A stretch of DNA of 64,000 bases from Chloroflexota bacterium (lineage in GTDB: Bacteria > Chloroflexota > Dehalococcoidia > DSTF01 > RBG-16-68-14), in NCBI GenBank assembly GCA_022562155.1, contig JADFPV010000001.1:16508-80507 (forward strand). Reading direction: 5' to 3'. The position numbers were made by a program, and so were the translations under genes. Below are positions 36,257-47,046 of the stretch, one piece after another (position 1 is the first letter of the stretch; each line of letters opens with the position of its first letter). Below the pieces are notes generated by a model that was not told the origin of the DNA, did no database searches, and was given only the letters and a program-made list of their open reading frames with translations.

Positions 36257-37228
36257 TTAGCGAGCGGGCTGCTCGCTAGGCCGTCCGGGGCGGGCGCCGG
36301 GCACGGGCACACGCGCTAGGCAATCTTCGACAATGTTCGCTGGTGCTATGTCCTTGACGCGCGCTGAGGGGCTGATGATGATTCGATGTCCCAGCGTCGC
36401 CAGCGCCAGCTCCTTGACGTCGTCGGGCCGGACAAAGTCGCGTCCGTCCAGTAGCGCCCAGGCTTGGCTCGTCCGGTAGAGCGCCAGTGAGCCCCGAGGC
36501 GAGGCGCCCAAATACACCGACTCGTGCTCTCGAGTCGCGGCGCTCACCGCGGCGATGTACTGCTTGATCAGCGGGTCTACGTAGATCTCTTTGATGGCGC
36601 GCTGGATGCTCAAGATCTCATTGGGATCGGTCACCTGTTCCAGCGAATCGATCGGATGGGCGAGTTGCTGGGCTTCCATGATCAGCACCTCGTCGGTCTG
36701 GCTTGGGTAGCCCAGCTCGATACGCAGCAGAAAACGGTCCAGTTCCGCTTCCGGCAGTGGGAACGTGCCCTCGTACTCGATCGGGTTCTGCGTCGCAAGC
36801 ACGATGAACGGCTGCGGCAGCTTGTGCGTCACGCCATCGACGGTGACCTGGCCCTCCCCCATCGATTCCAAGAGCGCGGACTGGGTCTTCGGCGTCGCAC
36901 GATTGATCTCGTCGGCAAGCACGACCTGCGCGATGATCGGTCCCTCATGGAACTCGAAGTCGCCTGTCTTCTGGTTGTAGATCGAAACGCCGGTCACGTC
37001 TGTGGGTAGCAGGTCGGGTGTGAACTGGATGCGGCGGAAGCTGCAGCCGGTCGAAGTCGCCAGGCTTCGCGCCAAAATCGTCTTACCTACGCCCGGCACA
37101 TCCTCGATCAGCACGTGGCCTCGGCACATCAACGCGACGAGGGCGAGACGAACGGCTTCCGCCTTGCCTATGATGACGCGCTCGACGTTCTGGAGGATGC
37201 GCTCCGCGATGATCTTCGGGTCTTCCAA
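36257..37228 (-). CDS. moxR: MoxR family AAA+ ATPase
   Basis: [52 protein letters not shown] start after GGAGG. Confidence 0.95.
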   Translation of the reverse strand: MEDPKIIAERILQNVERVIIGKAEAVRLALVALMCRGHVLIEDVPGVGKTILARSLATSTGCSFRRIQFTPDLLPTDVTGVSIYNQKTGDFEFHEGPIIAQVVLADEINRATPKTQSALLESMGEGQVTVDGVTHKLPQPFIVLATQNPIEYEGTFPLPEAELDRFLLRIELGYPSQTDEVLIMEAQQLAHPIDSLEQVTDPNEILSIQRAIKEIYVDPLIKQYIAAVSAATREHESVYLGASPRGSLALYRTSQAWALLDGRDFVRPDDVKELALATLGHRIIISPSARVKDIAPANIVEDCLARVPVPGARPGRPSEQPAR

Positions 37229-37520
37229 GACACCTCCACATGCGAAACTCCGTGCGTTCGCAGCCCGTCGATTATAGCAGCCGCGAGCGCCGCCTAGGTG
37301 AGCCACATTCCGAGAATCGAAAGCGGTTGGACCCTGCCGGATGGCTGTGGGGAAAGGGCCGTCTGGCAGACGTAGATCAACATGGCAGGCACTAGGCTAA
37401 GCTCTCAAGCCCCGATGGTAGAGGTATCGAGCGGGTAGACATGACGAAAGCACGTAGTCCACCCCCGTTCCGTAACTCGCATCTCAGAAGAGGCCCCGTA
37501 CTAGCGGAAGGAGCAATGCC

Positions 37521-37958
37521 ATGAAGTTCCCGTCCACGCAATGGTTTGAGGCACTCCAAATACAGGCAGCTCAAGAGCCTGACAAGTTCAAGAAGTTCGG
37601 CTTCGTCGACGCGAATGTGGGCGTCATGGTGGCCCCTAAGAACGGTGGTCCGGGGGCCGGTTTCATCCTGGAGTTCAAAGGGTACGGCTGCAAAAGAGTC
37701 TCCGAGGCGGACAATCCGGCGGAGTTGGCTGATTTCGTTGTGACCGGCACGTCCGACGCATGGCAGGAGATGATCGAGAACATCCACAGCAACGGCGAAG
37801 CAGACCTCGATCACACACTCGACGCCCTCACGCTTTCCGGCGCCTCGTTGAAGATCGAGGCCGAGGACCAGCTACAAGAAGACCTCTTCCACCGGTACAG
37901 CCAGACGTTACACGAGTTTTTCAACGGGGCGGCTGAAATTGAGACGGAATTCGACTGA
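37521..37958 (+). CDS. Conserved hypothetical protein (possibly SCP2-like fold)
   Basis: AAGGAG RBS; MKFPSTQWF start and ADFVVTG...W motif; paralog fragment at window start. Confidence 0.7.
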   Translation: MKFPSTQWFEALQIQAAQEPDKFKKFGFVDANVGVMVAPKNGGPGAGFILEFKGYGCKRVSEADNPAELADFVVTGTSDAWQEMIENIHSNGEADLDHTLDALTLSGASLKIEAEDQLQEDLFHRYSQTLHEFFNGAAEIETEFD

Positions 37959-38079
37959 TCTTGGGCGAGGTAGCGCGACCGACAGACTCGTAAGGCAGAG
38001 TTGCGCAGGATCCTCCAATAGCTCGCAGGCAGGTGCATCAGGTTACCCTGCGGCTCGATGTACAATACTGGCAAGCCCA

Positions 38080-39024
38080 ATGCGCCTGCTTCGCCTCTCG
38101 CCTCTGCTGCTATTCTCATTCGCGTTTGTGGGCTGCGGCGTCTTTTCAGATGCGTCGCCTACGCCCACGCCTACGTCGACGCCAACCGCCACGCCGACAT
38201 CGACACCCAGTCCTACGCCGACCCCGACGCCGGAACTCCTCACTCCCAGCGTGCAGATCCCGCAGGGTGATGTGGGCGTGATCGAGGTTAACGCTCGAGC
38301 TGCCTCCGCGATGGCCTCGTTCGACGGCCGTAACTACACGATGCTCGCCAAGGAAGGCGGGTTTTGGGCCGTAATCGGCGTGGGCGCCGCGCAACCCCTC
38401 GGTGCGTATCCAGTCGTCGTTGCGTTGCGTGCCGAAGACGGAACTGACCTAGATCGCTTAGACGCGACGATCTCCGTCGTCGAAACGGCCTACCCGTTCG
38501 AGTCGATTACGTTGGCGCCGGACCAGTCCGCGTTGCTTGACCCTGCCCTATCGCAACAAGAGGCCGCGATGCGCGAGGCCCTCTACTCGCGACACACCGC
38601 TGAGCAGCGCTGGTCAGGTGTCTTTCTCCAGCCACTTCCAGGCCCGATCAGCAGCCCATATGGCGTCGGGCGAAGCTACAATGGCGGCCCCGTCACCAGC
38701 TTCCACCACGGCACGGACTTTGGTCTCGACGAGGGGACGCCAGTAGCTGCCGCCAACACGGGCCGCGTGGCCTTTGCCGATGAGATGCCGATCCGCGGCC
38801 TGAGCGTGGTGCTGGATCACGGCGGGGGGGTGTTCACCGCGTACCATCATCTCTCTGGAGCAGCGGTAGTAGAAGGCCAGCTTGTAGCGATCGGCGACTT
38901 GGTGGGCTTCGTCGGGGCCTCAGGCCTAGCGACGGGGCCGCATTTGCACTGGGAGTTGATTGTGAACGGCGTTGAGGTCGACCCGATGCTCTGGACGCTT
39001 GGGCTCGTTGGGCCTACTGGCTGA
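38080..39024 (+). CDS. M23 family metallopeptidase lipoprotein
   Basis: Lipobox FVGC, Pro/Thr linker, HHGTD, YHHL, TGPHLHW. Confidence 0.9.
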   Translation: MRLLRLSPLLLFSFAFVGCGVFSDASPTPTPTSTPTATPTSTPSPTPTPTPELLTPSVQIPQGDVGVIEVNARAASAMASFDGRNYTMLAKEGGFWAVIGVGAAQPLGAYPVVVALRAEDGTDLDRLDATISVVETAYPFESITLAPDQSALLDPALSQQEAAMREALYSRHTAEQRWSGVFLQPLPGPISSPYGVGRSYNGGPVTSFHHGTDFGLDEGTPVAAANTGRVAFADEMPIRGLSVVLDHGGGVFTAYHHLSGAAVVEGQLVAIGDLVGFVGASGLATGPHLHWELIVNGVEVDPMLWTLGLVGPTG

Positions 39025-39928
39025 CGATCAGGAGCCGCCAGTCGCCGTCGGCGCGACGCTCCAGCCCTCTCGCTCCAGCTTGCAGCAGCGCTTCAACGCA
39101 GCTCTCTTCCTGGTCCGCCACGATGCCACTCACGAATGCGGCGCCGCCTTCTCGGAGCGCGCCCAGCAGTTCGCCTGAGAGTTCTCGCACGATGCGGGCG
39201 CTGAGGTTGGCCAGCACGAGGTCGTAGCCCCCCGAGGGCGCCTCATCGAACGGCCAGGCTGCTCCTAATGAGCCTTGTCGGACGTTGACCCGGTCCGATA
39301 CCTGATTAGTCGCGGCGTTCTGGAGCGTCGCGCTGACGGCCGCGGGGTCTATGTCTACGGCGTCCACGCGCTCTGCTCCCAACAGCGCCGCGCCAACGGA
39401 CAGGATGCCAGAGCCTGAGCCTACGTCGAGAACTACCATCCCTGGCTCTGAGCGGCGTTCCAGTTCGACCAGACACATCTGTGTAGTCTCGTGCTGGCCC
39501 GTCCCGAAGGCGCGCCCGGGATCGAGTTCGACGACGATGTCGCTAGGCTCCGGGTCGTATTCGCGCCAGGATGGCTTCAGCACGATCCGTTTGCCCATGC
39601 GTATGACGTGGAAATGTTCCTTCCACGCATCCGCCCAGTCAGCTTCAGCAACGGACTTCACGCTGAGCCCGTCGACGATATCGCTCTCGAGGTCGAGCAG
39701 GTCAGACCGCAGGTGGTCGATAGCGTACTCCGTCGCGTCCTGGCCGGCGGGCAGCCACGCGCGCAGACGGACAGGCCGATCGATGGGAAACGCGACGCCT
39801 CCTTCTTCATCGATCGCGTCGAAAGGAGTCTCGATGCTCACGCCTGAAGGCGCGTACCGTCGCAGGAGATCGGCTATCGCCTCCACCGCATGCGGGCGGA
39901 CGGCGATAGCCAGTTCCAGGTGCTCCAT
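39014..39928 (-). CDS. prmA: Ribosomal protein L11 methyltransferase
   Basis: DWADAWK, LDPGRAFGTGQHETT, LDVGSGSGIL; follows dnaJ. Confidence 0.93.
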   Translation of the reverse strand: MEHLELAIAVRPHAVEAIADLLRRYAPSGVSIETPFDAIDEEGGVAFPIDRPVRLRAWLPAGQDATEYAIDHLRSDLLDLESDIVDGLSVKSVAEADWADAWKEHFHVIRMGKRIVLKPSWREYDPEPSDIVVELDPGRAFGTGQHETTQMCLVELERRSEPGMVVLDVGSGSGILSVGAALLGAERVDAVDIDPAAVSATLQNAATNQVSDRVNVRQGSLGAAWPFDEAPSGGYDLVLANLSARIVRELSGELLGALREGGAAFVSGIVADQEESCVEALLQAGARGLERRADGDWRLLIVSQ

Positions 39929-39931
39929 GGG

Positions 39932-41047
39932 TTAGCCGAGGGCGTCTTTAATCTTGTTGAGGAGGCCTTTGTCGTCTGGAGAGAGTGGCGTGCCCATCGA
40001 TTCCGCCAGCCGGGCCAGGAGCTCCTTCTGCTCGGCGGACAAGTTCTTTGGTGTCACTACGTGTGTGTGGACCAGCAGGTCGCCGCGCCCGCCGGAGCGC
40101 AGGTGGGGAACGCCCTGTCCCCTGAGGACGAAGACCTGACCACTCTGTGTCCCGCTCGGAATGCGCAGTGAATGCGGCTTTTCGAGGGTCGGGATCTCGG
40201 TCTGGTCGCCAAGCGCCGCCTGGGCGAAGTTCACCTCAAGGTTGTAGATCAGGTCGTCCCCGTCGCGCTGGAAGTGCTTGTGCGACTTCACGTTCACCTG
40301 CAGGTAGAGGTTGCCCCGCGGCCCACCGCGCTCGCCCACTTCGCCTTCTCCGGTTAGGCGCATCTGCGCCCCATTATCGATGCCTGCCGGGATCTTCACT
40401 TGGAGCTTACGTGTCTTCTCTTCGTACCCGCGGCCCCGGCAGGTCTTGCAAGGCTTGGAGACGACCGCGCCTTCTCCCTGACAGCGGTCGCACATGGAGA
40501 CGTTGACGAACTGGCCAAAGACGCTCTGCTGGACGCGCCGCAACTCGCCGGTACCTTCGCAGTTCCTACAGCGCTCCGGTTCGGAACCGGGCTCTGCGCG
40601 CCGGCCTGCGCAACGAGAGCACAACTCGTAACCGTCCACGCTGATCGTCTGGTCGGTACCGAACGCGGCCTCCTCGAACGAGATGCGCACGCTCTGACGC
40701 AGGTCGGCTCCGCGGCGTGGCCCTCCTCGGCGGGCCGTGCTGCCGCCGAAGAACGCGTCGAAGATATCGCCGAAACCGCTGAAGCCGAAGCCCTCGAAGC
40801 CGCGCGCTCCGCCGAAGGCCTGCTGCGGTCCTGCGTGGCCGAAGCGGTCGTACATGGCCCGCTTCTCCTGGTCGGAGAGCACCTCGTAGGCCTCGTTGAC
40901 AGCCTTGAACTGCTCGCTGGCATCTCCGCTGTTGTTGCGGTCCGGATGATACTTCATCGCCAGTTTCCGGAACGCCTTCTTGACGTCTTCGGGCGTTGCG
41001 TTGCCGGAGATGCCTAGGACGTCGTAGTAGTCGCGCTTCGCTGCCAA
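39932..41047 (-). CDS. dnaJ: Chaperone DnaJ
   Basis: J domain with HPD, G/F region, four CxxCxGx(G) repeats. Confidence 0.97.
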   Translation of the reverse strand: MAAKRDYYDVLGISGNATPEDVKKAFRKLAMKYHPDRNNSGDASEQFKAVNEAYEVLSDQEKRAMYDRFGHAGPQQAFGGARGFEGFGFSGFGDIFDAFFGGSTARRGGPRRGADLRQSVRISFEEAAFGTDQTISVDGYELCSRCAGRRAEPGSEPERCRNCEGTGELRRVQQSVFGQFVNVSMCDRCQGEGAVVSKPCKTCRGRGYEEKTRKLQVKIPAGIDNGAQMRLTGEGEVGERGGPRGNLYLQVNVKSHKHFQRDGDDLIYNLEVNFAQAALGDQTEIPTLEKPHSLRIPSGTQSGQVFVLRGQGVPHLRSGGRGDLLVHTHVVTPKNLSAEQKELLARLAESMGTPLSPDDKGLLNKIKDALG

Positions 41048-41140
41048 GGTTCCTCGTTTCTTAATCGGCCTAGCGTAGTATTCGGTTCAATACTCTATTG
41101 TAGCAGGGGTAGGCGTTTGTGCAGTGGTGGATTGGCTGCG

Positions 41141-42151
41141 TCAGATGATCGCTTCGCCGGTGATCTGCCCGGCCAGTCCGACGACGAACAGAATGCCGTA
41201 GCGTCGGTTGTGGATGAAGGTCATCCCGACGAACCAGAGTGGCCATGCTGGGTAGTGCTCGGGCGGTTTGTCCGGCTTTGCCTTGTTGTAGCCACGCAGC
41301 ACCATCCACAGCAGCGGAAGAGCGCCGGCCACCAGGAGTAATCCAGGCATCTGTTGCCAGATCACGAGCGCGACGACCGAAACGTACATCCCGATCGACA
41401 GCACCTGCGTGAGCCGGCGCGCGCCCCGTTCGCCGAGTAGCATAGGCAGCGTGAAGATGCGCTTCGTCGTGTCGAACTCCAGCTTGTCCAGGTGCTTGCC
41501 CATAAGCACGGTTGTGACGCCGAGTGCGTAAGGGAATGAAGCTAGGATAACCCAGCCCGGCAGGTCGCCGGCCATCACGTAGTACGTGCCGCCGATCATA
41601 AGCGGTCCCCAGATGATGAATACAGCGATCTCGCCCAGGCCGAAATACTTTAGCGGCAGAGGCCCGCCCGAGTAGAGCATCAGGCCAAACGCGCCACTCA
41701 GCGCGAAGATCAGGACGCCGGGGCCGGTCTCCACGGTTAGGTAGATGCCGATCGCTGTCGCGATCGCCAGGATGACGACCGTGATGAGCGCGAACGACCG
41801 CATGTCGGCGGACTTCTCCGTCAGCGGATGTGGCCCGTACCTGGCGCGCGGGGAGTCCGGGCTGTCTGCGCCCCTACGGTAGTCCCAGAAGTCGTTGACG
41901 AGGTTGCTTGCCGTGTGCGCCAGCACGAGACCGGCAGCCGTCAGTACGAAGAGCGGCCAGTCGAACACATCGTCGCGAGCGGCGAGCAGCCCGCCCAGGA
42001 CGGCGGACGTCGCCGTCATGACCACGACCGAAGCGCGCGAAAGCACAAGCCAGCGAGTCACGGGGTCGACCAGGCTCAGGTCGACCTGCGGGATCGTATA
42101 GAGCGCCTGCATCCAGAGGCGGGGCGCTGACATCTTCGTTGCTGTAGCCAT
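41141..42151 (-). CDS. menA: UbiA-family prenyltransferase, MenA-like
   Basis: NLVNDFWDYRRGAD, YSGGPLPLKYFGLGE; multiple TMs. Confidence 0.75.
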   Translation of the reverse strand: MATATKMSAPRLWMQALYTIPQVDLSLVDPVTRWLVLSRASVVVMTATSAVLGGLLAARDDVFDWPLFVLTAAGLVLAHTASNLVNDFWDYRRGADSPDSPRARYGPHPLTEKSADMRSFALITVVILAIATAIGIYLTVETGPGVLIFALSGAFGLMLYSGGPLPLKYFGLGEIAVFIIWGPLMIGGTYYVMAGDLPGWVILASFPYALGVTTVLMGKHLDKLEFDTTKRIFTLPMLLGERGARRLTQVLSIGMYVSVVALVIWQQMPGLLLVAGALPLLWMVLRGYNKAKPDKPPEHYPAWPLWFVGMTFIHNRRYGILFVVGLAGQITGEAII

Positions 42152-42273
42152 GCTGTCCTTTCGATCTCCGAACTGTTCGGCTCGGATATCATACCGGAGC
42201 CGAGAGAATGGCAGCAGTCCTCCCGCTTGCCCGCTTGCCCCGCACGTGCCAAACTCGGCTAACAGGGAGTCAG

Positions 42274-44094
42274 ATGCTCAAGACACACTACTGCGGCGAT
42301 CTGCGCAAGGAGCACGTTGGCCAGGAAGTAACGGTGGCTGGCTGGGTGCATCGTCGTCGCGACCACGGCGGCCTGATTTTCATCGACCTACGGGATAGAC
42401 GTGGCTTAGTTCAGGTCGTCTTCCATCCTGATGACGCGCCGGAAACGCACGAGATCGCTGGCGATGTGCGGTCAGAGTTCGTCCTGTCCGTGACCGGCGA
42501 GGTCGCCGCGCGCAAGGAGGGCACTGAAAACTCGGACATGCCGACAGGCGAGATCGAAGTACGCGCGCGCAAGCTGGAGGTGCTCAACGAGGCGAAGACG
42601 CCACCGTTCCCGATCAACGAGGAGACCGAGGTAGAGGAGCTGCTGCGGCTCCGATATCGTTATCTCGATTTGCGACGCGAGCGCATGCAGCGAAACCTGC
42701 GGCTCCGCGACAAAACGACAATATTTATCCGCAAGTTTCTCCACGAACGGGACTTCACAGAGATCGAGACGCCGATACTGACGAACAGCACACCAGAGGG
42801 CGCCCGCGACTACCTCGTACCGTCGCGAATGCAGCCAGGTTCGTTCTACGCGCTTCCGCAATCCCCCCAGCAGTACAAGCAGTTGTTGATGGTAGCTGGC
42901 GTGGAGCGCTACTTCCAGATCGCGCGCTGCGCCCGCGATGAAGACCTGCGGGCCGACCGCCAGCCCGACTTCACGCAGCTCGATCTCGAGATGAGCTTCG
43001 CAACTGAAGAGGACGTGCTTTCGCTGTTCGAAGAGCTGTTCTCCGGCCTCGTTGAAGATGTCAGACCTGACCTCAAGTACGTCTCACCCTTCCCGCGGAT
43101 CACGTATGAGGAGTCGATGCGTCGGTTCGGTACGGACAAGCCCGACCTGCGCTATGGCATGGAGCTGTTCGACATCAGCGACCTCGCTGGCTCATCGGAG
43201 TTCGGCGTGTTCAGGAATGCGGTCGAATCGGGTGGGGCGGTGGAAGGCATCTGCGTGCCTGGCGGCACCGAGTTCTCGCGCAAGGACATCGACTCGCTCA
43301 CCACGTTCGTGCAGGGCCTCGGGGCCAAGGGCCTCGTCTCGATCGGTATCCTTGGCCAGCCCGGCTCGCTCGACGAAGAAGGAATCCGCTCTCCGGTCGC
43401 GAAGTATCTCGCGCTTGACCTTGTCGAGGCCGCCGCCAAACGCTCTGACGCAAAGCAAGGCGATCTACTGTTGCTCGTTGCCGGCGAGGGCGGCAAGCCA
43501 AAGCTAGAGCCCGGATCCTCGAGTCGCGTGCGTCCGTCGCTGGATGGCCTGCGTCGGGAGGTCGCCGCCCGTCTGAAGCTGGCCGACCCGCAGATGCTCC
43601 ACTACGCGTTCATCACCGAGTTCCCGCTCGTCGAATGGGACGAGGATGAAGAGCGCTGGGACGCGTTGCATCATCTGTTCGTAGCGCCAATGGAAGAGGA
43701 CCTGCACTACTTTGAAACGGATCCAGGCCGTATTCGGAGTCGCGCTTACGACACCATCTGCAACGGCGAGGAGTTGGGCAGCGGCAGCGTGCGAATCTAC
43801 CGACGCGAGATGCTGGAGCGCGTGCTACACATGCTTGGCATGGACGATGCAGAAGCGCAGAAGAGGTATGGCCACATGCTGGAGGCGTTCGAGTACGGCG
43901 CGCCGCCTCACGCCGGTTTCGCGCCCGGCATCGACCGCATCGTGGCGCAGCTCGCCCAGGAGGAAGACATCCGCGAGGTAATCGCCTTCCCCAAAACGAA
44001 GAGCGGTGCCGAGCCGATGACTGGCGCGCCGTTCGCGGTCACGGAGGAGCAGCTCCGCGTGCTCGGCATCAGCGTTGTAAAGCAGCCTGAGTAG
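42274..44094 (+). CDS. aspS: Aspartate-tRNA ligase, probably non-discriminating (Asp/Asn)
   Basis: MLKTHYCG, GWVHRRRDHGGLIFIDLRD, RYLDLR, EGARDY, LPQSPQ, GAPPH; His in RDHGG is typical of non-discriminating enzymes. Confidence 0.96.
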   Translation: MLKTHYCGDLRKEHVGQEVTVAGWVHRRRDHGGLIFIDLRDRRGLVQVVFHPDDAPETHEIAGDVRSEFVLSVTGEVAARKEGTENSDMPTGEIEVRARKLEVLNEAKTPPFPINEETEVEELLRLRYRYLDLRRERMQRNLRLRDKTTIFIRKFLHERDFTEIETPILTNSTPEGARDYLVPSRMQPGSFYALPQSPQQYKQLLMVAGVERYFQIARCARDEDLRADRQPDFTQLDLEMSFATEEDVLSLFEELFSGLVEDVRPDLKYVSPFPRITYEESMRRFGTDKPDLRYGMELFDISDLAGSSEFGVFRNAVESGGAVEGICVPGGTEFSRKDIDSLTTFVQGLGAKGLVSIGILGQPGSLDEEGIRSPVAKYLALDLVEAAAKRSDAKQGDLLLLVAGEGGKPKLEPGSSSRVRPSLDGLRREVAARLKLADPQMLHYAFITEFPLVEWDEDEERWDALHHLFVAPMEEDLHYFETDPGRIRSRAYDTICNGEELGSGSVRIYRREMLERVLHMLGMDDAEAQKRYGHMLEAFEYGAPPHAGFAPGIDRIVAQLAQEEDIREVIAFPKTKSGAEPMTGAPFAVTEEQLRVLGISVVKQPE

Positions 44095-44107
44095 AGGACT
44101 CTCGCAC

Positions 44108-45697
44108 ATGGCCGAACGGCTTCGCCGCGTCCAGCCGGAGAGAAGCGCGCGAAGCGGCCAGATTGCGGACGTAGTGGGTTCGCCGATCGCCCGCGTAGGC
44201 GGAATCGTCGCCTTAATCGCGGCCGTTCTGGGGGCATTCCTGATCCAGGCGCCCGTTCTGGATCACTATTTCTTTGGTGACGACTTCGTACCGCTAGCGG
44301 ACTTCTCTTCTCGGGGTACGCTCGGCTACGTCAAAGACCTCTTCCTGCTGCAGGACGAGACGCCTAACTGGCGTTTTCTGACCGGCCTGGCTTACGGGGG
44401 CATCTACCGGACTGTTGGCTTGGCTGCGCTGCCATTCCTGTTGACCTCGCTGGCGGTACATACGATGACAGCGGGCCTCATCTTCATCTTCGTGCGACGT
44501 GTGTCGCGTCAAGTCTGGCCTGCCCTACTGGCAGCTCTTATCTTCGGGCTCACCCCAGCATCCGTGCCAACGGTAGGGCAGGTAACCGCGTTCAACAACG
44601 TACTGGGCGCATTCTTGCTGATGCTCGCTCTCGTGACCCTATACGAGGGCCTCGCACGGGAACAACTCATTCCATGGACGCTGGCATCGATCGTCGCGTT
44701 TGCTGGTGCAGTCGCGGCGAACGACCTGCTCGCGCTGCTGGCTCCGATGCCTGTATTGGTCTTGGGGCTGTGCTGGTCGCGCGACAAGGATTGGTGGCGC
44801 GATCGGCGTCGATTTCGTCAACTCATCATGATCGCCACACCGTTCGCGATCATAGGTGGCGCCGCCATCGTCGCTCTCGCCGTCTGCGATTGTACGTCGG
44901 TGGCGGCCAGTAGCCGCTATGGGTTCGGCATGCATATGCTCGACAACCTCTGGCTGTTTCTTGGGCGCCTCCTGTATCCGGTTGGAATGGAGCCGCTCGG
45001 TGAACTCGAAACCGCGCACAAAGTCGCGGGCCCCGTACTGGCGGCCGTTTCCCTCGTACTATTCGTTCGGGGGCCAGCCGCCGCTCGATTCGCCGTAGCG
45101 TTCCTGATACTGGCACTGCTACCGTTCCTGCCGTTGAAGCTTTGGTCGGCGTCGCGCTACGTGTACCTCGCAACCATCCCGTTCTCCATGCTGGCCGCCG
45201 TCACGGTGACGGACGTCGCGCGCATCGGCCGGGCTACCGGACCTGTCATTCCGGCTCTGACCGCGTTCCTCGTGATCGGCGTATTAAGCCTGTACGGCTG
45301 GCAGACTGTCAGCCAGAATGATGACTTCGAAGCGAGTACCGGCGACTGGCGCACTCTGGTAACTGGTCTACAGGACCTCTACCCGGAGTTACCCGAGGGC
45401 AGCACGGTCTACGTACGCGGCGGCTCGCTCTGGGACGAAGCTCTGCTGCAGTGTGCCGTGCTTCCGGCAGTGGGAGAGGTCATCTGGGGAGGGGTTGATG
45501 TCTTCTTCATCTATGATCTAGGCGCTCGTATTAGGCCTGGTTACGACGTGTTCTTCGCCGATGCGAGGGAAGAGGTCTTCGAGGATGTACTGGTCCCGAT
45601 CGCCCGGCCTGGAGAGGAAGTCGTCACGCTTGTCCCGCAGATCCCGCCTGGCACGACGGGCAATCTCTGTCGGGAAGATGTGCCTCGCCTCCCATGA
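44108..45697 (+). CDS. Multi-pass membrane protein, GT-C glycosyltransferase-like
   Basis: YFFGDDF acidic pair after TM1, WR, many TM segments, SRYVYL. Confidence 0.6.
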   Translation: MAERLRRVQPERSARSGQIADVVGSPIARVGGIVALIAAVLGAFLIQAPVLDHYFFGDDFVPLADFSSRGTLGYVKDLFLLQDETPNWRFLTGLAYGGIYRTVGLAALPFLLTSLAVHTMTAGLIFIFVRRVSRQVWPALLAALIFGLTPASVPTVGQVTAFNNVLGAFLLMLALVTLYEGLAREQLIPWTLASIVAFAGAVAANDLLALLAPMPVLVLGLCWSRDKDWWRDRRRFRQLIMIATPFAIIGGAAIVALAVCDCTSVAASSRYGFGMHMLDNLWLFLGRLLYPVGMEPLGELETAHKVAGPVLAAVSLVLFVRGPAAARFAVAFLILALLPFLPLKLWSASRYVYLATIPFSMLAAVTVTDVARIGRATGPVIPALTAFLVIGVLSLYGWQTVSQNDDFEASTGDWRTLVTGLQDLYPELPEGSTVYVRGGSLWDEALLQCAVLPAVGEVIWGGVDVFFIYDLGARIRPGYDVFFADAREEVFEDVLVPIARPGEEVVTLVPQIPPGTTGNLCREDVPRLP

Positions 45698-45779
45698 CGG
45701 CGTGACGATCGACTGTGTGGGATGCGTTGGCTAATATGGAGCGCATCGTGTTGGGAGAGTAAGAAGGAGGGAGTGGCTT

Positions 45780-47033
45780 ATGACTCACGGGACGTGGCGA
45801 GATCGTACGCTGTCACGCAGAGGGCTGCTCAAGGCCGCTGCCGGGGTCACTGTTGGTGGTGCGGCACTCGCCGTTGCAGCGTGCAGTGATGGAGATGGCG
45901 GTGGGGCCGCCACCGCGACTGTCATGAGTGGAAACCCAGCTGTGGTCGGCCCTGTTGAGCAGCAGCGGCAGCGCAGGGCTGGCACTGGCCTCACCGGTTA
46001 CGATCCTTCCAAGACGTTCGACGGGTACACGCTCTTCGCTACGCTACAGGGCACCACGGCGTATGTCGTCGACATGATGGGTGAAGTTGTCAACACTTGG
46101 ACACTCACTACGGACCCGCGTGAGCGTAGCGTGTTCGGTGTGCAGCTGCTAGAGAACGGAAACCTATTCGCCGCCATGCACCAGCAAGAGGAAGGCGCGC
46201 CACCGTTCGTCTTCAAGGGCGGCGTGCTCATGGAGGTGGACTGGGACGGCAACGTAATCTGGCAGTTCGAGGACGAAGACCAGCATCACGATGCTCGCGT
46301 GCTTCCCAACGGCAACCTGCTGATCCTGCGTGCGGAGGTACTTCCGCCGGAGTTGGAGGAGCGCGTCTCAGGCGGCCAGCCTGCGGGGCAGGAGTTGGGA
46401 ATGTGGACGGATTGGGTAGCCGAAGTCACCCGCAAGGGAGAGACTGTGTGGGAGTGGCACGCGCGGGATCACATGGTGCCGGAAGAGTACCCGATCAACG
46501 CCCTGGACCTTCGCGATGAGTGGACGCATGGAAACGGCATCGCGCCGCTCCCCAACGGGGACGTGCTGATCAGCTTCCGCAACGTCAATACCGTCGGTAT
46601 CATTGATCGCGACAGTGGCGAGTTCAGGTGGACAATGCGTGCGCCTGAGCTGGCTCAGCAGCATAACCCGAGTATACTGCCAAACGGTAATGTCCTCATT
46701 TTCGATAACGGCGGGCATCGCGAGAACAGTGGGCTCAACTACTCGCGTGTGATCGAGGTCGACCCGGCCACAACCGAGATCGTGTGGGAGTACATCGATG
46801 CGAGCATCCTCAACTTCTTCAGTCCGTTCGTTTCGAGCGCGCAACGCTTGCCAAACGGCAACACGTTCATTTCGGAGGGCAACTACGGCCGCCTGTTCGA
46901 GGTCACAATCGACGGTGAGATCGTCTGGGAGTATATTAACCCCTTCTTCATCTTGAACCCTATCCTCGGTGATGTGAACACGGTATTCCGCGCCTGGCGT
47001 TATCCGACCGAAGCCTTCCAGATAGGCGCTTAA
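45780..47033 (+). CDS. Tat-exported aryl-sulfate sulfotransferase (ASST)-family beta-propeller lipoprotein
   Basis: SRRGLLK Tat motif, AAC lipobox, QHHD, WTHGN, QQHNP, IFDNG, SSAQRLPNGNT. Confidence 0.8.
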   Translation: MTHGTWRDRTLSRRGLLKAAAGVTVGGAALAVAACSDGDGGGAATATVMSGNPAVVGPVEQQRQRRAGTGLTGYDPSKTFDGYTLFATLQGTTAYVVDMMGEVVNTWTLTTDPRERSVFGVQLLENGNLFAAMHQQEEGAPPFVFKGGVLMEVDWDGNVIWQFEDEDQHHDARVLPNGNLLILRAEVLPPELEERVSGGQPAGQELGMWTDWVAEVTRKGETVWEWHARDHMVPEEYPINALDLRDEWTHGNGIAPLPNGDVLISFRNVNTVGIIDRDSGEFRWTMRAPELAQQHNPSILPNGNVLIFDNGGHRENSGLNYSRVIEVDPATTEIVWEYIDASILNFFSPFVSSAQRLPNGNTFISEGNYGRLFEVTIDGEIVWEYINPFFILNPILGDVNTVFRAWRYPTEAFQIGA

Positions 47034-47046
47034 GCTCCAGTTCTGC

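Noticed and set aside
37334..37370. ctgccggatggc...gccgtctggcag hairpin as an ncRNA
   Set aside because: Single stem with no family features I can recognise
38155..38232. acgccNacg repeats in the M23 gene
   Set aside because: Ordinary Pro/Thr linker of a lipoprotein
41048..41140. CIRCE/HrcA site upstream of dnaJ
   Set aside because: No TTAGCACTC-N9-GAGTGCTAA; only a TACAAT -10 and a weak hairpin
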